Below are positions 47,918-61,500 of a stretch of 64,000 bases of DNA, piece by piece. Origin of the DNA: Elsinoe ampelina (taxonomy: Eukaryota). Below the pieces are notes generated by a model, which made no database searches, was not told the origin of the DNA, and saw only the letters and a list, made by a program, of their open reading frames with translations. A program made the position numbers and the translations under genes. Each line of letters starts with the position of its first letter. The stretch's first letter is position 1. Location of the stretch: positions 679,203 through 743,202 of the forward strand of contig ML992513.1 of NCBI GenBank assembly GCA_010093995.1, written 5' to 3'.

Positions 47918-49386
47918 ATGCCGGTCAAGAAGCGCATCTCGCATGCAAAGTCGCGAAGCGGCTGCAGCAACTGTAAGAAGCGACATGTCAAGGTACCGAT
48001 CAACTCAAAGCTTCTCGCGATACTAGCTGATACTTGCAGTGTGACGAACAAGGCCCACCCTGCGCCAATTGCATAGCCCGCGAGTCCTCCACCACCTGCC
48101 ACTTCCCCTCCCGCCGACCCGCCACCTTCTCCCGAACCACCGCCATCATCCAACGTCCCTCCCACTCCTCCTCCTCCTCCAGCAACCCCTCTCCGACCCC
48201 TCCCTCCCATCCCTCCGCACCCTCCTCCGCCCTCGTCCCCACCCTCCCCCTCCACCTCGACACCCCCCTCCCCCTCACCCCCACCACCCGCCTCCTCGAA
48301 CTCGAACTCCTCCACCGCTGGACAACAACCACCTACCGCTCCTTCACCAGCCTCCCCGAAGACATCCCAAACATGACCCTCACCTTCCCGCGCCTGGGTC
48401 TCCGCTACCCTTTCCTCCTCCACGGCCTCTTCGCCCTCGCCGCGCTGGAGAGCAGCCTCACTTGCGCCCCTGCCGACAGCGCGCGGTACCTCCGCGCCGG
48501 CATGGCGTATTACGACGCCGCGTCGAGGAGTTTCCGGGGTTATCTGCCCAGCTTGGACGGCGCCGGGGGTGATCTGCAGTATAGTCTGTACATGTTCTCC
48601 GCGCTGGCGATGGCGTTGTACGTGGGGGTGCCGCTGTGTAGTCGGGCGGTAGGGGTGGTGGGGGGAGAGGCCGGGTATGGCGATGAGGATGTGCTGGAGA
48701 TGGTGGCGCAGATTTTCAATCTGCAGGTGGGAATGGTGGAGTTGGCGGCTTGTAATGCGAGGGGGTTGTGGAGCAGTGAGTATGGGCCTGCGTTGGTCAG
48801 GGCGGAGGAGATTGTGAAAACACCGTTGCCTGGGGGACTGGGGGAGGATACGGAGGAGGCGTTGGCGAGGATGAAGAGGGTCGTGGAGGCGGCGAGTGGG
48901 GAGGAGGAGGGGATGTATATGCAGGCTTGGGGAGGGTTGAAGTTCTGTTTTACTGAGGAGAAGAGAGACTTGGTCAGGAGTTTATGTATTGCATGGCCGA
49001 CGTTGGCAGGCAAGCCCTTCATGCAGGCATTCAGGAATGGGGACGAGGTGGCGTTGTGGATGCTAATGCATTGGGGAGTCTTGGTACATCGAATGGGGAG
49101 GCGGGCATGGTGGGCAATGGGATTGGGGAAGAGACTGGTGACGGAGCTGTCGGAGAAGATGATGCTTTCCACCATCCCAGAGGCGGATATGTCCGAGTGG
49201 TGGGAAGGGATAGCTTGGGCACGACGGCATGTCGGCTTGGATGGAATGCCCTCGGAACCGATCATCTCGCTGGCCGAGCTGACTCTGGCACCAAGCATGC
49301 TCAATCTCACAAGCGAAGAGGAATTACCACCGGAGTGGGGATATACGCGTGACAGCCTCCTGAATGGCTCATTGTTGGCACCATGA
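47918..49386 (+). CDS. Zn(II)2Cys6 transcription factor (Upc2-like N-terminus), 2 exons
   Basis: HAKSRSGCSNCKKRHVK|CDEQGPPCANC...C; LELELLHRW, PFLLHGLFALAAL. Confidence 0.9.
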
Positions 49387-50011
49387 AGCTAAAGTGAGGA
49401 ACTTCATCCTACCATACCAGGGGCACATCAACCACTGGTCCGTTCTCTCTGAGGGCTGATCAACACCAGGCCCGGAGCGAGATACGCCTGTCAAAGGTCT
49501 CCACCGGCGCGACATGGGAGCAGCAACGTCTACGAGCAATGTTTCCATGCAACTCCTGCCAAAGCTGCAGAATAGGCGACCAGGAGAGACTGGAACCGAC
49601 CTAATCAGCATCCAATGCGAATGATCGAGGCGAGCAGACATTCTGATGGATTCAACTAGAAGAGCCAAGCTCAATGTGTCGCACTGCAAGGCCAATGTCC
49701 CAGGTGACTTTGCAGATTCTGTGACATGAGCGACTCATCCACCAGATGCAAGTGGGAGCTGGGTGAGACAGACGCATCGAACATGTCGATCGCCTGATTG
49801 AGCATGTTCGCGCAGGGAGTGGCTTCGTTTGCAAATCACGTCAAGGAAGAAAAATCAGACATTGGACCGGAGATAGATGAAGAAGGCATAGGATTGAGTG
49901 GGACAACTACCATGTCGATGATAATCAATGAGTCCCCCAAACACCAGAGCCGATTACCAGACCTTCATAACGCCGACCCAAGCATCATGCTGACCAGGGA
50001 GGTGACTGTGG

Positions 50012-51917
50012 TCATTGAGCCTCAATAGACTTGGTCCGACCGCGCCAGAGCCTGTTGATGGCCCAAACAGCCCCAGACACGAGCAGTCCCACACCTGCTG
50101 CGGTCAGGATGTAGCGCCAGATCTTTCTTCTCGGGTGCCAGACTGCCTTGAAAGCAGGGTCGTTGGGTTGGCAGATGGTGTGTTTCTTAGGGAGAGTGCC
50201 GTTGGCGAAGTACTGTTGTAGGTGGGACGTGGTGCAATTCGAAGGTATGCTGGAGGCGGTGTGCTACAATCAAGTCAGCAGACATCCATGCATGGAAGAA
50301 GCTGCACTCACTCCGACAGAGTTCTGCACAAGTAGTCGACTTCCAGGGAAGGCTTTGGTGACGTTGCGAGCCGAGACCAGAGGTGTGATTGGGTCATGCT
50401 TGGAGGAGACGAAGAGGATAGGATTTGCTGTCTCAACATCGTCGAAAAAGTCCAGCGCTGGCCGCTCGCGGGCTTGGAACAGCCATTGCGCACAGAGGAA
50501 CTTCTTGTCGGGGAGCCCAGCCGTCAAGATGCTCAATCCATTGTCCTGCTTGAGACGCTTCTGCATGTAGGCCAAGTCATCGGAGCGAAGGGCGTCGTCA
50601 CCACAAGCTATTCCGACGAGGTGTTGGTCGAAGGGACCAAGGAACGGCGACACGATAAAATCGCTGAGATCCGCCGGAACCTTGTTGAAGTTCTCGATTT
50701 GGTACAGGAAGCGACCCAAGTCCCACCATGATGACATAGGGTTGTATAGAGCGTGGAAGATGGAGGTCCTGAACATCTCATCGTTGAGCCAGTCCTCTGT
50801 GCCGTCTTCGTGTTGGATCTGCACTGGTGACAACTGAATGTACCCCACCATATCGCGGATCGCCTTCATCAACTTGGTCGCCGAACGTCCACCTGCGAAA
50901 TCGCACTTGCTGGGATGCGCGGCACAATGATGGCAGAAGTCGCCGAGGGCTTTGTCGGTATCGATGTATTGTTCCACGGTGCTAAGGCACATTAGTACGA
51001 GTGCCACCAATGGCAGAAATGCAACTCACGTGCTTCGATAGTACTGGTGAACATTGTCGACTCCGTCTAGCATCATCCTCTCCACCCTTTCTGGAAACAT
51101 GGCGGCAAAGGTAGCACCAATGACAGTGCCGTATGAGTAGCCTAGAAGAATCAGTGCCTGACCAGATCATGTGAAACAGGCCGAAACTCACCGACGTATC
51201 GCAAGAAGCCATCACCACCGGAGGCGTCCAGCACTCGGAGCATGTCGCGAGCCACAAACATGGTACCGACAAAATCGCCCGTGTCCTTCTCATGATGGTG
51301 ACACTGATCTGCGAACGTTGTCGCCACGTGCCAGTCTATATCATTCAAGTCGGACTGGTTGCGACCTTGAATTGACGGATCCGCAGTGGGAAGACGTACA
51401 GGCGTATCCGCACAGTCGAAGGCAATCGTGTCACCAACACCTCTACACTGCAGTCAGTGATATGAGAACTGCGTTTGGAGAACTGCTCGTACCTTGGCTC
51501 AATGGCAATGAGGTTGTACTGCTCGCCGACCGTTCTATGAAAGCTCAGTATCGATCAGCTAAGACGTTCATTCGAAGCTTACTGTTGCAGGTCAACTGGA
51601 GATGCAAAACTGACGAGGGGATCGTCTCCAGGTCCGCCGTAGTTGACAAAGACATTGCCAAGGACTGGCTGTCGAGTGGCCGGGATCTTCATCAGGTTCA
51701 ATTGTATGGCGTACATGGAGGAGTCGTTGCAATAGTCGAGGGGAACAATCAGGTTGCCGCATTGACGGTCGAGTCCGTTGAAGGTGTTTGACGTGCAGGG
51801 TTGCCAATCGAGGGTGTTGACTGATGGGAAGCTCTCCTAACGCTGAGTGCAGTCGCTGAGGGAGGCAGCAGTGACCGCTGCCAGGACTGCGGCGAGCATG
51901 AGTATAGATGAGAACAT
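50012..51917 (-). pseudogene. Secreted alpha/beta-hydrolase (TAP-like peptidase), 6 exons, single in-frame TAG at 51837-51839
   Basis: Signal peptide, LDWQPC, CGNLIVPLDY, NYGGPG, EPRGVG, GYSYG nucleophile, HDPITP, spliced GH, C-terminal hydrophobic helix; only lesion seen is CGT-TAG-GAG at codon 27. Confidence 0.8.
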
Positions 51918-52432
51918 GATGGGTAGTGATGGGATGACGATGGGGGTTGACATGGATAAGAGCAAGCGATTAAGCAATGCTGGATGAATGGATGTGTGAT
52001 GGAGAGAAAGGGAGAGAAGAGAGGAAACGGAGAAGAGTCGAGGAGAGAGAGCGCACTGCGTCTGAGGAAGGCGCGGTGTCCCATGCTTGCCCATCCGCGG
52101 ATTTTTGCCCCACGAGACTGACTGGCAGGAAGGCGCTTCCTACCATGCGGTGCCTCCAGCTACAGTCTATCAATCAGCCGTGATCTACTGCAGGAATGTT
52201 ATCTTAAGATTCCCAGGTTTGCACGATTGTAGCTCCTATGGCCGACACGTAGCATTCTACAGCCTTTTATGCGTGGGGGAAGAAAGCGAAGCCGAAATTG
52301 CAAAGAAGTGTTTGTTCCGCGAGTCATGCAACTGCAAACCAGACCCTCGAGCAGTTCGTGTCGCCTTTTCTTCCTCGACAGAAGACGACGACACAATCAC
52401 GCCGGCAGACCAGTCTTTGACATATCGCATGG

Positions 52433-53056
52433 ATGTGGTGGCCATTCACCCTCCCCGAGCCCAATGACGCTCGCCAGCGCCGCCTTCATGGCCTTCCTGC
52501 GCCCTCGAATGGCTCGGTGATCAAGCCGCAGCGATACTCGGAGCCAACCGAACCCTCAACCTCGACCTCCGAGCGCTGGCACACTCTCTGGACCTCGTCG
52601 CGGTCACGGCAGCAATTTGCGGTATTTGCTTTCGGTGCTGGATGCATGATACTCAGCTCCGTCATTACCCGGCGAGCATTGGCCCGGAAATGGGCGTCTG
52701 TACAGCCAGCGGGCATGTTCTCACCCTCAAATAAGGTCAAGGATGCGAATGGAGGGTTGGATGCGGCAGAGGCATTGGGCTTGGCTACGCTGAACGTCAC
52801 GAGCTTCGGAGTCATGGCTGTAGGAGGTGGACTTTGGGCATTTGACATCAGCAGCCTCGAGGAGCTGAGGACAAAGGTGCGGAAGGGTATGGACATTGAG
52901 GGTGGGGAGGGAAAGACGGAGGCTGAAGCGGAAGAGGACATCGAGGAGTGGTTGGGTGTGGTGTTGGCGAGACTGCAAGGCAAAAATGACAAAAACATTT
53001 CTGAGATGATCAAGGAAGCGAACGAGAAGGGAAGCTTCTCGTTGAAGAAGCCTTGA
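52433..53056 (+). CDS. Aim11-like mitochondrial membrane protein
   Basis: SSVITRRAL, AEALGLATLNVTSFGVMAVGG.LWAFDISSLEELR. Confidence 0.72.
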   Translation: MWWPFTLPEPNDARQRRLHGLPAPSNGSVIKPQRYSEPTEPSTSTSERWHTLWTSSRSRQQFAVFAFGAGCMILSSVITRRALARKWASVQPAGMFSPSNKVKDANGGLDAAEALGLATLNVTSFGVMAVGGGLWAFDISSLEELRTKVRKGMDIEGGEGKTEAEAEEDIEEWLGVVLARLQGKNDKNISEMIKEANEKGSFSLKKP

Positions 53057-53218
53057 GCCTGGGTTATATGACTGGACATCTTCTCGAGATGTGGTCTTGT
53101 AATAAGATGGTTCGCAAGCGCTGCAGGAGTGGAGCAGATCTGATGAGAGATGCGAGCAGGATCACACTTGGGCCGAAGAAAGTTGAGCTGGTCGCCGGAG
53201 ATGCCGCGGAGAAATTTG

Positions 53219-53755
53219 TCAAGTCGTATGGTCTTGGAGTCCTCCACCCGCCGGTGGATCAAGCTGTCTAGCATCGTCCAAAGTGCCCCCAGATACCTTG
53301 ACGCCTGCTTGCCCATCGCGATTGGCACGCCACACGCCACCCTCTTCACCGCCAAACTCCTCCAGCTTCCAGATCTCGACCCTGTCCTTGACCAGCTCAA
53401 GCATTTCCGCTCCGCCTTTCCAAGCAGCTTGTCGATGTGGCGAAGATACTGCAATCAAGATACTCTCCTCTCCGATTGGCACTACTCCGAGTCTGTGAAC
53501 GATTGCGACCTTGTGAAGACCGTGTTTCTCCTTGACTTGCTCTGCAATGGTTTGCATAGTTTTCAACGCCAAAGTCTCGTATGATGAGTACGCCAGATGC
53601 TTGACTTCTTTGCCTTGGAAGTTGTCTCGAATGGTTCCGGCAAAGATGACTATCGCACCACATCGCGGGCTTCTGACCTTGTCCATGACCTGTTTGACGT
53701 CCAGGAAATCATGCGTGATCCAGACAAATATATCTCCATCATCCTTTCTTGACAT
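53219..53755 (-). CDS. MOCS2: Molybdopterin synthase catalytic subunit (MoaE/MOCS2B/CnxH)
   Basis: GAIVIFAGTIRD, HRLGVVPIGEESILIAVSSPHR, VEIWKLE. Confidence 0.92.
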   Translation of the reverse strand: MSRKDDGDIFVWITHDFLDVKQVMDKVRSPRCGAIVIFAGTIRDNFQGKEVKHLAYSSYETLALKTMQTIAEQVKEKHGLHKVAIVHRLGVVPIGEESILIAVSSPHRQAAWKGGAEMLELVKDRVEIWKLEEFGGEEGGVWRANRDGQAGVKVSGGTLDDARQLDPPAGGGLQDHTT

Positions 53756-54444
53756 TGTGGATATTTTGTCCTACCGGACTCCGTCATTTGAGTTGAGCTT
53801 TTGATACCTCCGCGGCCGGGAATTGCACGGGGATAAAACCTCCAGGAGATGGACAGCTTCACCGAAGGCGGCACTTGCATACCTACTGCTTCTATACGCA
53901 CCACATCAGTGACCGTCTTGCCGTCGCTTGGATCGAGAGAATTGGTGGACTGAATGAATGCTGACCACATAGTCCACTTCGAGCCTGCCCACCTGACGCT
54001 ACAGAAGTCAAAGCAATTCACTCGCGCTCCTTCATCGCCAACCTGATTGTACTGTCTCAATCGCCTCACGGTGTCTGTTGTTTTCAAGAGAAGGGAGCCA
54101 GGGAGAGGATACAAGTCTGGGGTGTTTGAAAGAGGCGTCAAGGAACAGTCAGTTGTGTTTGCTCGGGGACTAGGGCTGCTCGGTCTTGTACTATATCACG
54201 ATTGCTCATTACTCAAGGACCATTTCTTGTACGTACTTCTATATGCCTGCTTTTGGTCTTGCATTTCGGCCGGAAAACAACTGGGACTTGCTGTAAATAC
54301 CGAAGATGGCACACACTATCCAGCAAGAATTGCTATCAATCATGCTCACATCTACTGCTCCTCTAGCTTCTGGTGAGGCTGATCATGGTTGCACAGGCTC
54401 GCTTAGCTTTGTAAGACAGGAGTCGGACTTGCACAACGGGCATT

Positions 54445-55622
54445 ATGGCGGACGCAGACGACTTTGACATTGACATCTACGGAGACGACAGACCAGAAGA
54501 GCTTGTTCCCGAGCCAGCAGATCAGCCTCCGGTCGAGTCGAGACGGGATACTGCTACCGCCGGAGTTCAAGACTACAATGACCACGATACGGCACCGATA
54601 GAGCCCGAGACGGAGCCAGGGCTGGATGGGGCAGCAAACGACGCCATGATCAAAGACGAAGAGCACCGCGAGTCACACGACAAGAAGCAAACCATTGCGC
54701 CGACAGCCGGTCAAGTTGGACTAGCGACCATGGGTGACGACTATCAAGACGATTCATCATATCGGGAGGCGGATCCGGACGCTTTGCCCGCCCTCAAGCT
54801 CATCGAGGTACAATGGTGGACGACCGAAGACGACATCCGTGGGTGGGCCAACGCGGCGCACGCTGAGGCTGAGCTCATAGAGATTACGTTCAATGAGCAC
54901 AAAGTCAATGGCAAGAGTAAAGGCGAGGTCTTTGTCGAATTTCAGACACCAGAGGCTGCGACAGCCGTGAAACATCAAATCGACTCGGTGGTGAACCAAG
55001 CACCAGGGAAGAAGATCAGTGTCTCGTATGCTCATCCATCACCAAATCCATACAAGTCGCTACCCAAGGACGCCCAGAATAGGAACAAGGATGGATACAA
55101 GGACAAGCCGCAAGGAAATTACAACGGTGGCTACAACAACCAGAACAGCTTCCGTGGTGGCAGGGGAGGATACAACAGAGGTGGCTACCAGAATCGAGGA
55201 GGCTACAACCAGAACAATAATCAGATGGGCATGATGAGTGGGTTCGGAGGCATGAACAACATGGGCGCCATGGGTATGGGCATGGGCGCCATGGGAGGCT
55301 TCGGCGGGCAGATGGGCTTCAACAGAGGCGGCAACATGATGGGGATGAATCGAGGTGGTTTCCCGGGTGGTCGAGGAGGAAGAGGCGGCATGATGGGAGG
55401 TATGATGCCAAATATGGGCATGGGGGGCATGGGCGGCATGGGTATGGATATGGGCATGGGGATTGGATTCGGAGGTAAGTCTGGGACCTTGCTTGGAGTT
55501 TATGCAGGCTGATGTCGTTGTTTGCAGGAGGATTCCAGCAAGGTGGATATATCAACAACCAGTTTGGCGGAAACTCGCCGCCGTCGAACCCCCATGGGGC
55601 AAAGCGACCACGAGCGGAGTAG
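54445..55622 (+). CDS. RRM protein resembling CFIm68/CPSF6 with RGG and Gly/Met-rich tail, 2 exons
   Basis: DFDIDIYGD N-terminus, WWTTEDDIR, FNEHKVNGKSKG RRM, C-terminal NPHGAKRPRAE*. Confidence 0.8.
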
Positions 55623-56394
55623 GAATCCGAGATGGATGAATGGCTAGATATTGTTATGATATGCAGCATGATGTATGATACCCAGAGACCATGTACGAGC
55701 GTTGATGGCAAAACATGTTTCACCTGGCAACTCTTTGTACGAAGTATAGGCATTTTGCTCCGTACCTGCAGTAGTGCATGAGCTAGCACTGATCCGAACG
55801 TGTTTGTCTCGGGATGCGCCTCTTTTTCGCTTTTCTGATCCTCTTGTGCCGAAACAGGGCAGCAAATTAGATGATCCAAAAAGAGATCCACTCGTCGCTC
55901 CCTGGACGACTGAGACACATTGTTGCTGGTGTACGGTAGCTGGGCAATCAAAGATGTGCGATAGATGATGATTTGAGAGAGTACAACTTGTACACTCAAC
56001 AGTACCTTGATCAACGAAAAGTCCGAAAAATCACCTTCGAGCTATCGGAGCTCCCCTCTCGATCCTAGCACATCCTGCAGACAACATCTCTCATCTCTCG
56101 TCAGCCCTGTGTCGCTCCCCGCTAGCCCCCCCTTCATCGAATAGAGGGCCTCGGGGTCCAGCTGTACCTGTTGGTGACAGCCGTTGCACAACGACGGTTG
56201 TCTCTGCCCGATAGCCTCAGATACTTTCGCTACATCATCCTGTAAGTTCACGTCAGCCGCTCAATCTCCCAATTGCACCACACGCTTCCGTACCACCTTG
56301 TCACCGTCATCGACTCGACTCACAAACCCGGTCCCGATTGTTTGTTTGCCGGTCGTACAGATCTGCACTGCATGCGCCTGCATGTCCGACCGCA

Positions 56395-58550
56395 ATGGAC
56401 GACTTCACGCCGCCCTCGCCATCACCTCGACAGCCTTCGCACGCTCGTCAGATCTCCGATGTCCCTCCACCGCTACCACCTCCGCCTACAGATCTCCCAG
56501 CAGGATACCGCGCCTCGACCATATCGCAAAGACCTTCGACGGCGACTGACAGTATGACAGGACGGAGGACACATTCGAGGGCAACTTCAAGGGAAGAGAA
56601 CGGGACAATCGCTGAGCCGATAGACACGGACGAGAACGCCGGGCGACAGAGAAGAGGAAGTTTTGGGTTCCTATCAAGATCGAAATCGCGCTCACACGAA
56701 GTCGCGGTCGTGACTTCCTCGGACGGACACACAATGTTGCGCAAACAAAAGCTACGAGACCAGGAGGAGCGACTTCGCCAACAGCGTGAAGCACGTGAAG
56801 CCAGACCTCCTCCTGTGCTCCCTTCACCTTCACCTTTACCCGTCATCAACACTTTTGGTGGAGACGACGTTCGCCCAGATTCAGTCGCCATCATATCGAA
56901 CAAGGCCAGCAACTTCTCGAGGCCATATCCCGCAATGTCACCTTCCACAAGCATGCCTCTCCTTAACAGGCCACCACCGCAGCAACAGGCTCCACCCGGC
57001 ATGAGAGATATCCGCGACGGCAAGAATGGCGAGTATCTGGATCCGAGGTCGAGGATGGATAGCATGAACAGCTTGAGGCATCAGTCGGTCACGAGCACGG
57101 CTACCAGCAACTATCACAGCCCGAGAAGAATGAGGAGGAGAAAGGATCCCACTCCGTTCAAGTAAGTTTGGCATATTCACATGCATATCATCTACTGACT
57201 TGATGCAGTATTCTGGTTGTTGGCGCTAAGAACTCTGGCAAGACCTCCCTTATCGACTTTCTCAAGTCGTCTCTTTCCCTGCCGCCAGAGAAGCAGCACC
57301 AGAGCATGATTTCACCAAGGATGACCTCACACGACGGTGCATTCACATCACATTATATCGAGGCCGAATTCGACGGGGAAAGAGTTGGTGTTACCTTGTG
57401 GGACTCTCAGGGGGTGGAGAAGAATATGATAGACCTACAAGTCCGTGAGATGGTCACTTTCATCGAGTCCAAGTTCGAGGACACTTTCACCGAAGAGTCG
57501 AAGGTCAACCGAGCACCAGGCGCGAAGGACTCACACATTCACTGTGTCTTCCTCGTCCTCGACCCAGCCCACCTTGATCAGACATGCCGCGCATCCAAGC
57601 TACAGGCCAACGGGAATGCCTTTGCTCAAGCCCGCGGTCCTTCTGGTCTCTCCTCTGAACTCGAAATGCAGATCATGAAAGGCCTTCAGAACAAGACATC
57701 GGTCATCCCGATCATCAGCAAAGCCGACACACTTACTGGTCCGCATATGGAGTACCTCAAGCGCTCGGTCTGGAACAGCATTCAATCTGAGAAGCTCGAT
57801 CCGCTTGACGCTCTTGGACTTGAAGAATCCGAAGACGAAGATGCCGACTTCTCTGACTCTTCCGCCGACGACCACGATCCTCTCCCAATTCAATCCACTT
57901 CCTCGTCCATCTCTGGCGACCACAAGCATTCCCGTCTCGATGACTCGGACGTTGACTCTGGTCCCAACGACGGCACCTCTCCCAACGCCAAAACCCGCAG
58001 CACCGTGACGACTCCCTCTCCCGGTCAGCCACTCAAGCGCCCCGGCTCCCGCGGGGCCTCGCGCAGCATGACCCCTTCCGGCGCCATGGGCTCCGAAGTC
58101 CCCCTTGAAGACATCTACATTCCCTTCTCACTCCTCTCTCCAGACCCCTACGAACTCAACGCCGTCGGCCGCCGCTTCCCCTGGGGTATGGCCGACCCCT
58201 ACAATCCGGACCACTGCGACTTTGTCCGCCTCCGCGACAGCGTCTTCTCGGAATGGCGGGTCGAGCTCCGCAACGCCAGCCGCGAACGCTGGTACGAGAG
58301 CTGGCGCGAGCAACGTCTAGCACATGGCAAGAGCAGGATGAGGCAGACAGGAGGCGTGACGCCCACCTCGGCCGTGCCGCGTGAAGGCAGAATCGGCAGT
58401 GCTGGCGCTGTCGGTGGAGGAGATGCGAATGAATGGCCCCGCTCTGCGAGTGGTGGTGGACATGGACTGGGACTGAGTCCCAACCCGCAACAACAGAGGC
58501 CGGTGACGAGCGCAGGTGGTGGGAGAGGGGGGACTCCGGCTGCGTATTAA
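56395..58550 (+). CDS. Non-core (group 5, AspE-like) septin, 2 exons
   Basis: RRRKDPTPF|NILVVGAKNSGKTS P-loop, LWDSQG, HIHCVFLVLDP, IPIISKAD, GRRFPWG, HCDFVRLRD. Confidence 0.85.
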
Positions 58551-61500
58551 GGGGGAGTGGATCGGGAACCTGCCGGGCATCGGTCAGCGGAGGGCAAGTG
58601 TGTGTGAGAGTCGTGGGTGATGGAGGGCAGGATTTGTTGCCCAGCTGCCAAGTACGGGCACGTTCCGGGGTAGAAGGTTTCGGTTGTACGGGACCAGGTA
58701 TGCTTAGATAGAGGGTATGCTTTCAACTCATGGTTCTGGAACAGAGTTGCGGACGACGGGAGAGAGCAGCCTTGCAGATGACAGAGCGGAAAAAGAGGAC
58801 TTGAATAACGGGACATGGCTTCGGATGAATGACTTTTGGGGAATGGATCATGGTTGTGGAGGATGGGACAGCGAGGGAGAGAGAAAGATATTCTACTGTA
58901 CTTATTTAGGGAGATTATATCATCTTCGATTCTAGCTCTTCTACCTGGTATGAGATTCTGATGGCACAATATGGAGAGGCACCGGCAGTGGACGTTGGGG
59001 AACCATTTCATGCAGCTTGAGCTTAGTATTCTATCTTACCCTGGTCCATCTCATGTGTGATAAGGAAGCTGTGTGACAGGCAATATATACTGGGACAATC
59101 GGGACGGTCACTATCGCACCCCGTTTAGAGGCTTTTACCACGAGTAAACGACACAGGCAAGGCAATTCGGTCGGAGACCACGCCCCACTACGTCCTCGAG
59201 CCGGCACGATCGATCGAGAGGAAAGGCAGCAAGGGCATGTTCCAATCTGTGCCTGAGATTGAATTTCCAGGACCGCGACCCGGGCATCTTATCCTGAGAG
59301 GGGCTCGAGAGGGTCGCTGTAGGTAGGACCTTTGTTTCAGAATGAAAAGTTTGTCACGGAGGAGAATCGCGGACCGGAGAGGATAGTGTATGGCATGGCT
59401 GGGTTAGTCTTTCTGATAGGTTGAGGGGGGGATTGCCGCAATTGCGCCTCGTGGTGTGGTTGTCGCTGATGAGCAGGCAGTCAACCGGCACATACAGTGC
59501 TTGGAGGAACCGCCTGTCTTCCCGTCACCGCAAGATGTTATCACGTCGCCTATCTGGTTCTTAAGCCAGCTGGTGAGGGCTTGCTCTGGACTGTTCCAGC
59601 TATGAATGAGCTCGATATCCAATGTCGAAGCGTGAGTTGATCAGATAGAGAAATTGTAAACCCTCAATGTTGAAAGGGATACTCACAGAACCTACCAGAG
59701 GAGCCAACTTGCACAGGGTCACGGGACATCACCAATGCAACAGACGTAGACTGAACATGACGCAGTCGAGACAGCGGTAGAGTACAAGAAGGAGAGTCGT
59801 GACAGAGCAGGCAGCGTGTCGGTTGCAGACGCGAGTGGTCAACGTTAGTTCGAGCGATCGGACGGAGGAAAAGAGCCAGCTCATCCCCAGGCGACGGGAG
59901 ATTGCAGATCTAATGCCCAAAGGGCTCCCATGAAGACTCTGGATCTTACACATGTTCAAGGTCAGAGCTAGGAACAAGCGCTCATGCTATTCGTACTTCT
60001 TCAGCTTATAGCTCACTCAGCGTCAGCATGGAGAGCTCGAAGAACTCTGCTTGGAGCGAAATGATCCTGGTGTCAGCATTTGAGCGGCTTGTTTTCACGT
60101 CAGCAACCTGACCGCTTCGGTCCTGAACAGGAGAGGTACAGTATCCCACAAGGCGTCCAGCATCTCGGTACCCCTTGAGAGGGAATGATGAACCCTGCGT
60201 CGAAATGAGAGACCGTGCATGCGCGTGATGAACAGCGGCTGAAGTGCAAGTCCGCACATCAGCATTCAATTTAGCTGCCGCCAACAGACCCTCGGGATCT
60301 CGTGGAAGACAAGCGGACGAAAGTCAACTGACCGAAAGCAACCTGGTGAACTGGCGGGACAGATGGACAGACAAATTATTGGATCCCTACGCTGATGGAC
60401 GTCTCCAATAATGCGGCATGAATATTTGCCGATTCAACCACAACAACAGACCATACAAGTCTTGTCCCCTTGATCCGGCCCGGATAAATGGGAAAGACGC
60501 TGCGGCATGGACGGTACGCCTCGAGAAACAAGAAGAGCTAAGGAAAGGCCAAGAGAGGGTGCGTCTGCCACGAGAGTCGCTGTCCGAGGCTGGGCTAGAG
60601 CTAGCTATCACGTAAAAATGCGTGGGAAAAAAAGCCACAAGACCAAGCATGGGAGATAAGATCAAACGGTGGCAGTCGGTGGCGGTCTGGGCGGACTTGG
60701 CACATGTCGTCCCTTCGTCCAATGAGCGGGAATCGAATTCCCCCACCACTCTCCCTCGCTTTTTTGGCTTCGGTGTCCATCCAATTTCGCACCATTCATC
60801 GCCTGCTTATCGTGAGACGTGCATCTCAACGCCTGTTTCCAGCATGGGTGAGATGCAGGTCGCATAAGGCCATCCATGCGATGCTGCATGACTAGCGAGG
60901 TCCTGCATAATGTTTAACAGATGTCAGACCGGCAAGACAACTCCCAGCATCCATACACCACAAAACGAACCAGAGTCTTGGAATTACAGAAGTCAAGACA
61001 AATGACATCGAACGATGGATCCCAAACAACCAGAACCACTGCATGGGAGTCTCGTGGCATTGCGTGGGCCAAGGGCAGGCATCGATCCGCATGCCCGATG
61101 TCTCCTGTTTCTCGTCCCTGGCCGCCCACCGCTATCGACGGTTCGTGCATTTACCTTTACACCCACATCTGGGGAAAGCAAATCTCATCGGGAACATGTT
61201 CTCGCGGTCACGAGTCGTCTTCTGGCTGCTTCACCTGCTTTGTTTGCTATTCTTCCGTCTGACGGGATCTCAAAGGGCTGCAGCTCTCATCAGACCATCG
61301 ATTCATTACTGCCCTCCTTTCCCTCTAGCGGACCAGTCAGGTTTGATGATTACACGCCAAGAAGCTCCGTCATTTGACGCTTGGTGCGGCGCCTCGTTTC
61401 TGGGCTTCCCCGTGGAGCGCCAACCAAGCTTTGTCCCAACGCCTCCAAATCTTACCCGCCGCCGGCTGCTTCTTCTCATCCACCACGCTGCAAGCCGCAA

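Noticed and set aside
52486..53454. 322-aa minus-strand ORF spanning the Aim11-like and MOCS2 genes
   Set aside because: Antisense or off-frame to two well-supported genes, with no domain features.
55100..55475. GGCATG-rich repeats
   Set aside because: Explained by the Gly/Met/RGG low-complexity tail of the CPSF6-like protein.
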